DNA of 64,000 nt from Mollicutes bacterium. Its GTDB lineage: Bacteria; Bacillota_I; Bacilli_A; Izemoplasmatales; Izemoplasmataceae. Positions 54,881-64,000 of the stretch are shown one piece after another. The position numbers and the translations under genes are program-made. How positions within the stretch are numbered: the stretch's first letter is position 1; each line of letters begins with the position of its first letter. The notes beneath the pieces are model-generated. The model was not told the origin of the DNA. It did no database searches and saw only the letters and a list, made by a program, of their open reading frames with translations. Location: contig PWMS01000096.1 in NCBI GenBank assembly GCA_003558105.1, positions 1,083 to 65,082 of the forward strand, in the 5' to 3' direction.

Positions 54881-57214
54881 ATGGAATATCTTCAAGGGAT
54901 TATAAAAAACATAACCTTTACCAACGAAGAAAACGCCTTTGCGATTTTAAAAATCGAAGTCACCGATTCATCTTTCACGCAAAGCTTACTCAATCCTGAA
55001 GGCGAAGTTTGGGCGGTTAAAGGTTACTTGCCAGACCCTAAGAAAGGCGAACATATTCGCTTTTTTGGGCATATGGAACATCACGATACCTATGGTGAAC
55101 AGTTTAACTTTGAACGTTACGAAAAAATTGAAGGCACCAACAAAGCTGGTCTCATCGATTATCTATCGAGTGACTTATTTCAAGGCATCGGCCCTAAGAC
55201 TGCAAAGAAAATTGTGGCTAACCTCGGGACTGAGGCGATCGAAAAAATCACCAAGGACAAAGACGTCTTAGACGATATCAAAGGCCTTTCTAAAAAACAT
55301 AAACAAACCTTGAAACAAGCTTTAGAAGCGCACAAAGCCAATGAGCAAACCTTGATAAAGCTGTACGGATACGGTTTTTCACCGAAAATTGCGAAGCGCT
55401 TGATCGATGCTTATGGTGAAGATGCCGCGCACAAACTCAAAGAAAATCCTTATCAAATGATTGAAGATATTGAAGGCATTGGCTTTGAACGGGCCGATGC
55501 GATTGCCAGTAATTTAGGGTTTTTACCCAACGATCATAAACGCATCAAAGCCGTGTTACTCTTTCTCTTAGAGACAACGGCCTATCAAGAAGGCCACACC
55601 CATCAAGATGAAGCGGACTTTTTGAAAAAAGCGATGGACTTTTTAAACCGTCAAGAATCCTTGGTTCAAAAAGGCGAAATAGAGACGGTTCTAAAGACCT
55701 TACAGCGTGAAAAGTTGGTGATTAAAGACCAAACATATCTGACCCTTCACAAATTTTTCAAACAAGAACAAGCGCTTGCGGATATGTTGTTGAATCGAAG
55801 TCAAGATGCAACTCTCATTGATCAAACTAAGATTCAAAGCATCATTCAAGCCTTTGAAAGCAAAGAAGACCTCAGTTACACCTCGAGGCAAAAACGCGCT
55901 ATCATTGCGGCGATGCAACATAAACTGATGATTTTAACGGGCGGACCAGGAACGGGTAAAACGACGGTCATCAAAGGCATCATCGCGACGATGCAAGGGT
56001 ACTTTAAAACCAAACCTAGCAGCATTCATCTGATGGCCCCCACCGGTCGTGCGGCGAAACGCATGGAAGAAGCAACCCAACAAAGCGCTTCAACCATTCA
56101 TAAATCCTTAGGCTTTGGCTATGATGGATTTTTCATGCACGATGAGCATCATCCTATTGAAGGGGATTTATTCATTATCGACGAAGCCTCGATGATCGAT
56201 TTACCTTTGGCCAGTCATCTGTTTAAATGTCTGCCGAAAACGGCCCGGATTGTGCTTGTGGGTGATGATGATCAACTGCCTTCTGTTGGACCAGGCCAAG
56301 TTTTAAAAGATTTGATTGATTCAGACATCATGCATACGACCAAATTAACCACCATTCACAGACAAGCCCATCAATCCAGTATCATTCAGTTGGCCAACTA
56401 CATCAAACAAGGCAATTTACCCAAACACATCTTACAACCTAAGGATGATCGCTACATCATCAATGAAGCGCCTAAAAGTTTTAAAGATAGACTTAAACGC
56501 ATGGTCGATTATATGATGGATAAAGGCTATAATCTCAAAGATGATATCCAGATACTCATTCCCATGTATAAAGGGACAGTTGGGATTGATGAAATCAACG
56601 ATTTTATGCAAAGAAGCTATAATCAAAACCAACATAAAACACTTGAATACGGCGACAAAAAATTCTTGATTGATGATAAAATTCTGCAGCTACAAAATCG
56701 TAGTGAAGACGGTATCATGAACGGCGATCAAGGTCGCATCATTGGGATTGACAGTGAATCTGAAACGCTATATGTCGATTTTTTCGGTAAGGAGATCACC
56801 TATCCTAAAAAGGATTTAGATCAGCTTACCCTCGCTTATGCAATGAGTGTACATAAAGCACAAGGCAGTGAATATCCTGTGGTCATTTTGCCGCTTTTTA
56901 AAAGTTTTTCCATCATGTTAAAACGACGCTTGATTTATACGGCGATTACCAGAGCCAAAGAAATATTGATTATTGCCGGGGACATCGATTGCCTCTTTGA
57001 TGCGGTTCAAAAAATCGAAGCGCCCAGACTTACCGGTTTAAAAAATAAACTAAAAGACCCAACAAAAAGCCGAGAAAAAACCATTGAAGTCGCTTTACAA
57101 TCCTTAAAAACCAAATCAGAAAAAACCTTTATCGATGATCCTGATATCCCCTTTGATACCCTTGGGGAAAACTTGCAGGGCAAAAGCCCTTATGACTTTA
57201 TGGATGAGTCTTAA
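54881..57214 (+). CDS. recD2: RecD2-type SF1B ATP-dependent DNA helicase
   Basis: N-terminal OB/HhH region, GGPGTGKTT, IIDEASMID, VGDDDQLPSVGPG, SVHKAQGSEYPVV. Confidence 0.9.
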   Translation: MEYLQGIIKNITFTNEENAFAILKIEVTDSSFTQSLLNPEGEVWAVKGYLPDPKKGEHIRFFGHMEHHDTYGEQFNFERYEKIEGTNKAGLIDYLSSDLFQGIGPKTAKKIVANLGTEAIEKITKDKDVLDDIKGLSKKHKQTLKQALEAHKANEQTLIKLYGYGFSPKIAKRLIDAYGEDAAHKLKENPYQMIEDIEGIGFERADAIASNLGFLPNDHKRIKAVLLFLLETTAYQEGHTHQDEADFLKKAMDFLNRQESLVQKGEIETVLKTLQREKLVIKDQTYLTLHKFFKQEQALADMLLNRSQDATLIDQTKIQSIIQAFESKEDLSYTSRQKRAIIAAMQHKLMILTGGPGTGKTTVIKGIIATMQGYFKTKPSSIHLMAPTGRAAKRMEEATQQSASTIHKSLGFGYDGFFMHDEHHPIEGDLFIIDEASMIDLPLASHLFKCLPKTARIVLVGDDDQLPSVGPGQVLKDLIDSDIMHTTKLTTIHRQAHQSSIIQLANYIKQGNLPKHILQPKDDRYIINEAPKSFKDRLKRMVDYMMDKGYNLKDDIQILIPMYKGTVGIDEINDFMQRSYNQNQHKTLEYGDKKFLIDDKILQLQNRSEDGIMNGDQGRIIGIDSESETLYVDFFGKEITYPKKDLDQLTLAYAMSVHKAQGSEYPVVILPLFKSFSIMLKRRLIYTAITRAKEILIIAGDIDCLFDAVQKIEAPRLTGLKNKLKDPTKSREKTIEVALQSLKTKSEKTFIDDPDIPFDTLGENLQGKSPYDFMDES

Positions 57215-57229
57215 TCGAAGGGCTTTTGC
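57180..57229 (+). repeat. 12-bp perfect inverted repeat bracketing the recD2 stop codon
   Basis: GCAAAAGCCCTT (57180-57191) and AAGGGCTTTTGC (57218-57229) with a 26-nt spacer. The right arm abuts the -35 of the alaS leader promoter. Possibly the recD2 terminator. Confidence 0.4.
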
Positions 57230-57258
57230 TTGCATTTTCACGTTTGCTTCGGTATAAT
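57230..57258 (+). promoter_or_regulatory. Sigma-A-type promoter of the alaS leader
   Basis: TTGCAT (57230-57235), 17-nt spacer, TATAAT (57253-57258). Confidence 0.7.
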
Positions 57259-57264
57259 GAAATA

Positions 57265-57467
57265 AATCATAGAAGAAGATGAGTAAACAAACGATAGGTG
57301 TCAAAGAGAGTTTGTGGTCGCTGAAAACAAACCACGTATCTTTGTTGAAGCTACTTCTGAGAGATGGCAAACCCGTCCGCTTCGGTAGCGTTATCACCAT
57401 AGAGTGCTTAATGAATAAAGGTGGTACCGCGGCTATGTCGTCCTTAGGTTATTTAAGGACGTTTTTT
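57265..57467 (+). promoter_or_regulatory. T-box riboswitch leader of alaS (Ala)
   Basis: Stem I can be drawn as GAAG-AUGAGUA-AACAAA...UUUGUU-GAA GCU A-CUUC, with the specifier GCU at 57350-57352. T-box AAGGTGGTACCGCGG at 57418-57432. Terminator CGTCCTTA...TAAGGACG plus T6 at 57439-57467. Confidence 0.9.
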
Positions 57468-57489
57468 ATTGATACTAGGAGGTAGAATC

Positions 57490-60114
57490 ATGAAAAACAT
57501 GCGAGGACATGATATTAAAAAAACGTGGTTAAGATTTTTTGAAGAACGCAACCACGCGATTGAAGAAAGTGCGTCGTTAATTCCTATCAACGATCCAACC
57601 CTACTTTGGATCAATGCGGGTGTTGCGCCTTTAAAAGGGTATTTTGATGGTTCGAGAGTCCCTAAAAACCCTCGAATTGCCAATGTTCAAAAATGTATTA
57701 GAACCAACGATATTGAAAATGTGGGAAAAACCGCTCGACATCATACTTTTTTTGAGATGCTCGGCAATTTTTCCATTGGCGATTATTTTAGAGATGAAGC
57801 GATTGAATGGGGATTTGAAATTTTGACATCGAATGACTATTTTGGCTTTGATAAAGATAAACTTTATATCACGGTATACCCTACCGATTCGGCTTCTTAT
57901 CAAAAGTGGCTAGATGTTGGGGTTGAAGAAAGTCATATCATTAAAAGCTATGAAAATTACTGGGAAATTGGCGCTGGGCCTTGCGGACCGTGTACCGAGA
58001 TTTTTTACGATCGCGGCGATGATTATGGTAAAAAAGATCTATCGTTGATCGAAAACGATATTGAAAACGATCGTTATGTGGAGATATGGAATATTGTTTT
58101 CTCACAGTTTAATGCTAAAAAAGGTCTTAAAAGAGAAGCGTATCCGGAACTGCCCAATAAAAACATCGACACCGGCATGGGTTTAGAACGTATGGCCCTT
58201 GTCATGCAAGATGTAAAGACCAATTTTGAGACCGATCTATTTTATCCACTAATCGAAAAAACCGAAGCGATTTCTGGGGTTAATTATACTGGCCAAATGT
58301 CTTTTAAAGTTATTGCCGATCATCTCCGTAGCGTCGTTTTTGCGGTAAGTGATGGCGCTACTTTCTCCAACGAAGGTAGAGGTTATGTCCTACGCAGACT
58401 TTTAAGACGTGCGATTAAACATGGTAAAAGCCTAGGGATTGAAAAACCGTTTTTAAAGGATTTGGTCGATACCGTCATCGCTATGATGAAGGAAACGTAT
58501 CCTTATCTATTAAACAATCAACCCTTTACCAAGGCGATGATTGAAAAAGAAGAAGATAAGTTTTTAGAAACCTTGAACCAAGGTGAAAAAATGCTGGAAG
58601 ATATCATCGCTAAAAGCGACACTATCATCGCAGGTAAAGATGCATTCATGCTTTATGATACGTATGGGTTTCCCGTCGAGTTGACCGAAGAATACGCTGA
58701 AGCCCAAGGTTTTAGCGTGGATAAAGAAGGATTTAAAGCCTACATGCAAGCGCAAAAAGAACGTGCTAGAAATGCGCGCAAAGACCTTGGCGCCATGAAA
58801 GATCAAAACAAAGCCTACCTAGATTTCAAAGAAGAAAGTACGTTTGTAGGTTATCAAAAAACATCGGTAAAAAGCGATGTCATTAAAGTATTTGATGAAG
58901 GTATTGTGGTTAAAGAAACTCCCTTTTATGCTGAAAGCGGCGGCCAAGTCGCCGATAGTGGTGTGATTGTTAAAAACGGCAAAGTCCATGAGGTATTGGA
59001 TGTTCAAAAACTCCCGAATGGACAATTCATCCACCATCTTGATGAACACGATATCCAAGAAAATGACCCGGTTGAACTTTACGTGGATGAAGCTTCTCGT
59101 GCCCTTACCAAGGCTCACCATTCCGTCACTCATTTACTGTTTTCTACATTGCGCGAGACGCTTGGTGAACACGTCAAACAACAAGGCTCACTCGTTGGTC
59201 CAAACTACTTACGTTTCGATTTTAATCACCTTGAACTCCCTGATGAAAAAACCTTGTTAGCGGTTGAAAAAACCGTCAACCAAAAAATTCAAGAAAGCTT
59301 AGATGTCGGTGTTGAATATGCCGATTTAGATACCGCAAAAGACAAAGGTGCCATCGCTGAATTTGGTGAAAAATACGACGATGAAGTTCGGATGGTTGAT
59401 ATGGGTGACACCTTAGATTTGTGTGGCGGAACCCACGTTGATAACACCGCTGAGATCGAGCGATTTGCGATTGTATCAATTGAATCAAAAGGCTCCGGCA
59501 TCTATAGAATTGTCGGACTGGCTAAAGATAAAGTCAGCGATATCGAAACCTATATGCGCGGTTTTATCAGCAATTTGAATCACCTTGAACAAAAGAAAGA
59601 CGATATATTAAAAGAAGCCGCCACAAAAAATATTGAGGTGGCATACCAAGCTCCAAAAAAACCAGAAATTATCGGGTCATATCAAGATATCGTCAATATT
59701 CGTGAATACTTACACAAAGTCCAAGCGCAAGTCAAAGCTTTAGAAAAAACATTTGAAGATAAAGCCAAACAAGCATCCCTACAATCGATTGACGATTATC
59801 TAGACCAACAAGACAAAAAAGGCAATATCATCATCAAGACAAACGACTATCCCATGGATACCGTTAAAACCTTAGCCGATCGTTTGATGGACAAGACGAA
59901 AAAAGGCGTTGTATTTATCGCCAATGTCTTGGATAATAAAGTTATCTTCATCGCCAAAAGCCAAAGCGATATTCACGCGGGTCATTTGGTTAAAAAAGCG
60001 GCTGAAATTGCTGGTGGCGGTGGGGGCGGACGTCCCGACTTCGCTCAAGCCGGGGGTCGAAAAATCGACAAAGTCGATGAAGTCATCGCTTATGTCAAGG
60101 ATAAAGTGTCATGA
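57490..60114 (+). CDS. alaS: Alanine--tRNA ligase
   Basis: FFEERNH, HHTFFEMLGNFS, editing-domain HSVTHLL...CGGTHV, and a C-terminal GGGGGRPDFAQAGG. ATG 57490 follows GGAGG. T-box leader upstream. Confidence 0.95.
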   Translation: MKNMRGHDIKKTWLRFFEERNHAIEESASLIPINDPTLLWINAGVAPLKGYFDGSRVPKNPRIANVQKCIRTNDIENVGKTARHHTFFEMLGNFSIGDYFRDEAIEWGFEILTSNDYFGFDKDKLYITVYPTDSASYQKWLDVGVEESHIIKSYENYWEIGAGPCGPCTEIFYDRGDDYGKKDLSLIENDIENDRYVEIWNIVFSQFNAKKGLKREAYPELPNKNIDTGMGLERMALVMQDVKTNFETDLFYPLIEKTEAISGVNYTGQMSFKVIADHLRSVVFAVSDGATFSNEGRGYVLRRLLRRAIKHGKSLGIEKPFLKDLVDTVIAMMKETYPYLLNNQPFTKAMIEKEEDKFLETLNQGEKMLEDIIAKSDTIIAGKDAFMLYDTYGFPVELTEEYAEAQGFSVDKEGFKAYMQAQKERARNARKDLGAMKDQNKAYLDFKEESTFVGYQKTSVKSDVIKVFDEGIVVKETPFYAESGGQVADSGVIVKNGKVHEVLDVQKLPNGQFIHHLDEHDIQENDPVELYVDEASRALTKAHHSVTHLLFSTLRETLGEHVKQQGSLVGPNYLRFDFNHLELPDEKTLLAVEKTVNQKIQESLDVGVEYADLDTAKDKGAIAEFGEKYDDEVRMVDMGDTLDLCGGTHVDNTAEIERFAIVSIESKGSGIYRIVGLAKDKVSDIETYMRGFISNLNHLEQKKDDILKEAATKNIEVAYQAPKKPEIIGSYQDIVNIREYLHKVQAQVKALEKTFEDKAKQASLQSIDDYLDQQDKKGNIIIKTNDYPMDTVKTLADRLMDKTKKGVVFIANVLDNKVIFIAKSQSDIHAGHLVKKAAEIAGGGGGGRPDFAQAGGRKIDKVDEVIAYVKDKVS

Positions 60115-60536
60115 AAATTCTTGCTTTAGATTTAGGCGATGCCTCTTTAGGGATTGCAATCAGCGACCCAACTAAAACGATTGCCAGAGGCGTCGAAAAC
60201 TATCGTTTCCAAGCCCAAGCATTTAACCTAGCCTTAGACAAAGTAAAAAGCATCGCTAAGGCAGAATCACTTGAAACGATTGTGCTTGGTTACCCCAAAA
60301 ACATGAATAACACCGCCGGTGATCAAGCTAAAAAAACAGAAAAATTTAAAACCATGCTTGAAGAAGCACTAGATATTCCGATTGTTTTACACGATGAACG
60401 GCTCACATCGCGACTAGCCAGCCAAACGATGCTCTATGCGAAAAAATCGCGTAAAAAGCGTCAAAAAACCCTTGATGAGATGTCCGCTGTGATTTTACTG
60501 CAACAGTATTTAGATGAAAAAAAACGAGGAGGCTAA
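60111..60536 (+). CDS. ruvX: Putative pre-16S rRNA nuclease / Holliday-junction resolvase-like YqgF
   Basis: MKILALDLGDASLGIAISD and HDERLTS. ATGA overlap with alaS. Confidence 0.85.
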   Translation: MKILALDLGDASLGIAISDPTKTIARGVENYRFQAQAFNLALDKVKSIAKAESLETIVLGYPKNMNNTAGDQAKKTEKFKTMLEEALDIPIVLHDERLTSRLASQTMLYAKKSRKKRQKTLDEMSAVILLQQYLDEKKRGG

Positions 60537-60539
60537 TCC

Positions 60540-60806
60540 ATGGAAGACAAAACGTTACGCGTCGTTGATGAAAAAGGCAATGAAAAAGATTTTGAAATTG
60601 TGTTGACCTTCAAATCTGAAAAGACTCATAAGTCTTATGTCGTCTACAAAGAACCCGGTGACTCCGATGAAGTCTTTGCGGCATCATACGATGAAAAAGA
60701 AACCGATGGTGGCGATTTAAGACCGATTGAAGACGATAAAGAATGGGACATGATTGAAGAAGTCTTAAACACCTTTTTACAAGAAGAGGAAGAAGAAAAA
60801 CAGTGA
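60540..60806 (+). CDS. DUF1292 (YrzB-like) small acidic protein
   Basis: 88 aa with FEIVLTF...YVVY and an acidic tail. Same position as yrzB after yrrK in Bacillus. Confidence 0.65.
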   Translation: MEDKTLRVVDEKGNEKDFEIVLTFKSEKTHKSYVVYKEPGDSDEVFAASYDEKETDGGDLRPIEDDKEWDMIEEVLNTFLQEEEEEKQ

Positions 60807-61423
60807 CCTATCTAGAAGATATCCATCCTGAAGAAAGCGCGTATTTTAAAAAACTACGCGCTTTTGCAGCGAAAAAAGATATTCCTATCATCACCCTTGA
60901 AACGATGCGCTTTTTAAGACAACTATTAATCATGAAAAAACCTAAAAAGATTCTTGAAATCGGGACGGCTATGGGCTTTAGCGCCTGTTTTTTTGCAAGC
61001 GTACTGCCTGGTGTAAAAATCACCACCATCGAACGTGATCCCGCGATGCAAGCCTTAGCTGAAGCGACGTTTTCTGCTTCACCCTATGAAGCTAGTATTA
61101 CATTGCTTAAAGAAGACGCTTTAGATATCGATACGACAACCACCCCCAAGCCAATCGATTTTATTTTTATCGATGGCGCCAAAGCGCAGAATATCAAGTT
61201 TTTTGAAAAATTTGAAAAACAATTGAATCCGAACGGCTTAATCGTTGTGGATAACGTTCTTTTTCACGATATGATCGATCAAAAAATCACTTCAAAAAAC
61301 TTACGTCAACTCATCGGTAAGATCGATCGTTTCAACCGTTATATCACGCAAAAACAGGGTTATGATACGGCTATTCACGCCATCGGCGATGGCTTAGCGG
61401 TTGCGATTAAACAAGGAGAGTGA
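60803..61423 (+). CDS. trmR: SAM-dependent O-methyltransferase, YrrM/TrmR-like (tRNA ho5U34 methyltransferase)
   Basis: Class I MTase motif ILEIGTAMGFS, plus DFIFIDGAK. The GTG start overlaps the previous stop. Conserved yrrM position. Confidence 0.6.
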   Translation: MTYLEDIHPEESAYFKKLRAFAAKKDIPIITLETMRFLRQLLIMKKPKKILEIGTAMGFSACFFASVLPGVKITTIERDPAMQALAEATFSASPYEASITLLKEDALDIDTTTTPKPIDFIFIDGAKAQNIKFFEKFEKQLNPNGLIVVDNVLFHDMIDQKITSKNLRQLIGKIDRFNRYITQKQGYDTAIHAIGDGLAVAIKQGE

Positions 61424-61427
61424 AACG

Positions 61428-62309
61428 ATGAAACACATGGTTACAGCTCCAAGACATAGCCTCGATCAACTGCTTGAAAAAGACATTGAAGGTATCATTA
61501 TCGGCATTGAAGGCTTCGCACAAAGAAGTGATGCTTTATATACGCCTAAAGAGATTACGCCTATTATAAAAAACGCCAAACGCCATCACAAAACCGTTTG
61601 GTTAAACTGTAATGCATTATTTCATGAACCGGATTTAACAACATTAGAAAACGTCTTAAACACCATCAAGACGTTAGATTTTGATGGGTTGTTATTTGCG
61701 GATTTAGCGGTCTATAGTTTAGCTGAAAAACTTGGTTTTACCGACCGTTTAATCTATTATCCTGAAACCTATATCACCAATCCCCAAGATCTTGATTTTT
61801 GGCAAAAACAAGCTATAAAAAGCGCTGTTTTAGCGCGGGAACTACCTTTAGATGCCATTGAAACCACCGCCGCAAAAACCGCCTTTCCATTAACCTTATT
61901 TGGACACGGGTATGTCAATATGTTTCACTCTAAACGTCGTTTACTTAAAACGTTTTTCGATTATACAAATTCTACGGCTGATCCTACTAAAAAAACGTAT
62001 ACCATTAAAGAGGAATTACGCGAAAGCACCCATCCTATTTATCAAGATACTTTCGGAACACATATTTTTAGAGAAAAACCGATGGCGAGTTTCAACGTTT
62101 ATAGTCAGTTGGTGCCCTTAATCGATTATTTAATCATCGATTCGCTTTTGATCGATGAGACGCGTTTTTTAACGATTGTCGATGATTACATCAAAATACA
62201 ATCGCAAATAGACATCGATATTGCTTCATATTCCGATCATGATGATGGTTTTTTCTTTAAAAAGACCATCTACCAACAAGCAAAGGAGACCGCTCACCAT
62301 GAAGACTGA
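61428..62309 (+). CDS. Peptidase U32 family protein (YrrN/TrhP1-like)
   Basis: Position and size match yrrN. Lacks the full catalytic-looking motif of its partner. ATG 61428 lies 9 nt after AAGGAG. Confidence 0.6.
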   Translation: MKHMVTAPRHSLDQLLEKDIEGIIIGIEGFAQRSDALYTPKEITPIIKNAKRHHKTVWLNCNALFHEPDLTTLENVLNTIKTLDFDGLLFADLAVYSLAEKLGFTDRLIYYPETYITNPQDLDFWQKQAIKSAVLARELPLDAIETTAAKTAFPLTLFGHGYVNMFHSKRRLLKTFFDYTNSTADPTKKTYTIKEELRESTHPIYQDTFGTHIFREKPMASFNVYSQLVPLIDYLIIDSLLIDETRFLTIVDDYIKIQSQIDIDIASYSDHDDGFFFKKTIYQQAKETAHHED

Positions 62310-63489
62310 ATTATTAGCCCCCGCTGGCGATTTAGAGAAGCTTAAAATAGCGCTACTTTATGGCGCAGATGCGGTCTTTTTAGGTGGCAAAGCTTTCTCA
62401 CTTCGCGCGCGAGCGTCCAATTTCACCTTAAACGATATCGAAGAAGCCGTCCAATTCGCCCATAAACTCGATAAAAAGATTTATGTGACCACCAATATAT
62501 TTCCACACCCTGAGGATTTAGAAGGGTTAATCCCTTATCTAAAAAAACTGGAGACGATTGGGGTGGATGCGATTATCTGCGCTTCAAGTGCGATCATCGA
62601 TGCAGCCTTAAATCATACCGACTTGGAAGTTCATGTTTCGACACAACAATCAATCACCAATTCTAAAGCCATTGAATTTTGGGCCAAAAAAGGCATCAAA
62701 CGCATCGTTTTAGCCAGAGAAGTATCCTTAGATGAACTAAAGACGATTCAATCGCATAGCACAATCGATACAGAAGTCTTTATTCATGGTGGTATGTGCG
62801 TCTCATACTCAGGCAAATGTACGCTGTCTAACACCATGACAGACCGAGATGCGAATCGTGGCGGTTGTGCGCATTCGTGTCGTTGGAATTACGATCTTTT
62901 TGATGCGCAGAAGAAAGTATCGGATGATACGCCTTTTTCCATGGGCTCAAAAGATCTACAAGCGGTACGCTACATTTCACAATTACTTGATTTAAATGTC
63001 GCTTCTTTAAAGATTGAAGGGCGGATGAAAAGCATTCACTACATAGCAACCGTGGTTAAAACCTACCGTAAACTGATCGATGAGTTGACCAAAGAAATCG
63101 ATGTTGATATTCCCCGATATCTATTAGAAATTAAAAAAGCGGAGAACCGGCTATCATCGAAAGGCTTTATGGAAGGACTGACAACTTTAGAAGAACAGCT
63201 TTATAACTTAAGAAGTGAACAACCAACCCAAGAATTTATCGGTATCGTTCAATCATACGACCCCAAAACCCAACAAGTTTTGGTTGAACAACGCAACCAT
63301 TTTAAGGTAGGAGAATTGATTGAAGTTCTAAGTCCGAATTTTGAACCCGTCAGTTTTGTGGTTGAAAAAATGCAAACCATCGATGGGGAAAAGCGCGATG
63401 TTGCTAGACATCCAAAAGAACAGCTATATATCCCTATACCAATGCCTTTATCTCCCTACGATATGCTTCGAAAAGCGCGTAAAAATTAA
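62299..63489 (+). CDS. Peptidase U32 family protein (YrrO/TrhP2-like)
   Basis: MKTELLAPAGDLEKLK, the U32 signature region EVFIHGGMCVSYSGKCTLS, and SLKIEGRMK. ATG 62299 follows AAGGAG and overlaps the upstream gene by 11 nt. Confidence 0.7.
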   Translation: MKTELLAPAGDLEKLKIALLYGADAVFLGGKAFSLRARASNFTLNDIEEAVQFAHKLDKKIYVTTNIFPHPEDLEGLIPYLKKLETIGVDAIICASSAIIDAALNHTDLEVHVSTQQSITNSKAIEFWAKKGIKRIVLAREVSLDELKTIQSHSTIDTEVFIHGGMCVSYSGKCTLSNTMTDRDANRGGCAHSCRWNYDLFDAQKKVSDDTPFSMGSKDLQAVRYISQLLDLNVASLKIEGRMKSIHYIATVVKTYRKLIDELTKEIDVDIPRYLLEIKKAENRLSSKGFMEGLTTLEEQLYNLRSEQPTQEFIGIVQSYDPKTQQVLVEQRNHFKVGELIEVLSPNFEPVSFVVEKMQTIDGEKRDVARHPKEQLYIPIPMPLSPYDMLRKARKN

Positions 63490-63545
63490 CGATTGTAACC
63501 GATAAAAAAACATGATACAATAACGTCATAATCAAGGAGGCAACC

Positions 63546-64000
63546 ATGGAAAAGAAAAACAACAAACAAGTCTATCAAATTACCCAATCGGGTTTGGATA
63601 AACTTAAAACCGAGTTAGAACATTTAAAAACCACCGAAAGAGAAAAAAACTTAGAAGCCCTGAAAGAAGCGCGTGCGCAAGGGGATTTAAGTGAAAATGC
63701 CGATTACGATGCCGCCCGCGAACAACAAGCGCGTATCGAATCACGTATCAAAGAAATCGAAAACATTCTTAAACACGCTGAGATTATCCGCGATGATACG
63801 AAAGGCAATAAAATCACCATCGGTAAGACGGTTAAGTTAAAAGTCAACGGTAAAGAGCCTGTTGAATATACCGTTGTCGGTTCTTTAGAAGCGGATCCTT
63901 TCAACCATAAAATTTCTAATGAATCACCAGTAGGTAAAGCCATTATCGGTCATAAGAAAAACGATACCGTCACTTATAAAACCGATACCAGAAGAGAGAT
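63546..64000 (+). CDS. greA: Transcription elongation factor GreA. The C-terminal end runs off the window.
   Basis: Absent from the ORF track because it is open at the edge. Manual translation gives MEKKNNKQVYQITQSGLDKLKTELEHLKT...ARAQGDLSENADYDAAREQQARIESRIKEIE...ISNESPVGKAIIGHK. AAGGAGG RBS. Confidence 0.9.
   Translation, partial: MEKKNNKQVYQITQSGLDKLKTELEHLKTTEREKNLEALKEARAQGDLSENADYDAAREQQARIESRIKEIENILKHAEIIRDDTKGNKITIGKTVKLKVNGKEPVEYTVVGSLEADPFNHKISNESPVGKAIIGHKKNDTVTYKTDTRRE

Noticed and set aside
59990-60060. G-rich run ggtggcggtgggggcgga near the alaS 3' end.
   Set aside because: It encodes the conserved C-terminal GGGGG(R/K)P motif of AlaRS. It is not a slippery or phase-variable tract in a regulatory position.

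Overview
This 64-kb window looks like a core chromosomal region of a Bacillota or Mollicutes-like bacterium. It uses the standard code: TGA ends pheS, the pheS-pheT insert, addB and the B12-binding gene, and Trp is TGG. No database search was possible, so all calls rest on motifs read from the translations, gene order and the DNA itself.

I support about 56 protein-coding genes, and almost all are housekeeping:
- Replication and repair: polC, addBA, recG, recD2, nth, dnaD-like, ruvX.
- Translation: pheST, trpS, alaS, rpmB, rpmF, rlmN, rsmH, rsgA, rqcH, tmcAL, and a trmR plus two U32-peptidase tRNA-modification module.
- Central metabolism: gap, rpe, ppa, ald, gmk, plsX, fakA.

I also see two tandem tRNA-Gly genes and three T-box leaders (Phe, Trp, Ala) that share an identical 15-mer. 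Many Rho-independent terminators and extended -10 (TGnTATAAT) promoters are visible. I found no rRNA, CRISPR array, transposase, integrase or phage genes.

Two genes run off the window edges and are missing from the ORF track: rqcH (1..1591, minus strand) and greA (63546..64000).

Gene order follows the Bacillus ylo, yjb and yrr neighbourhoods. Cell-wall genes (prkC, ftsL/pbp, mltG) and fatty-acid genes (fapR, fabD, fabG, acpP) are absent from their usual slots. That pattern suggests a wall-less Acholeplasma-like lineage, but this is inference only.

Most interesting locus: a translationally coupled minus-strand pair at 37395..39363.
- The upstream gene is a stand-alone CarH-type cobalamin-binding module with no DNA-binding domain. 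It carries W-x9-EH plus ExHxxG-x41-SxT-x28-GG.
- The downstream gene is a GGDEF diguanylate cyclase.
- I read the pair as a candidate B12/light-gated c-di-GMP switch.

Other oddities:
- An M3B oligoendopeptidase gene is broken by a single in-frame TAA.
- An alpha/beta-hydrolase gene sits between pheS and pheT, with ATGA overlaps on both sides.
- An AT-rich orphan gene encodes an HTH plus helical-repeat regulator.
- A membrane-anchored EIIB-like protein that lacks the catalytic Cys is fused operonically to ptsH.
- AddB is compact and has no P-loop.
- Spx has a Cys-rich C-terminal extension.
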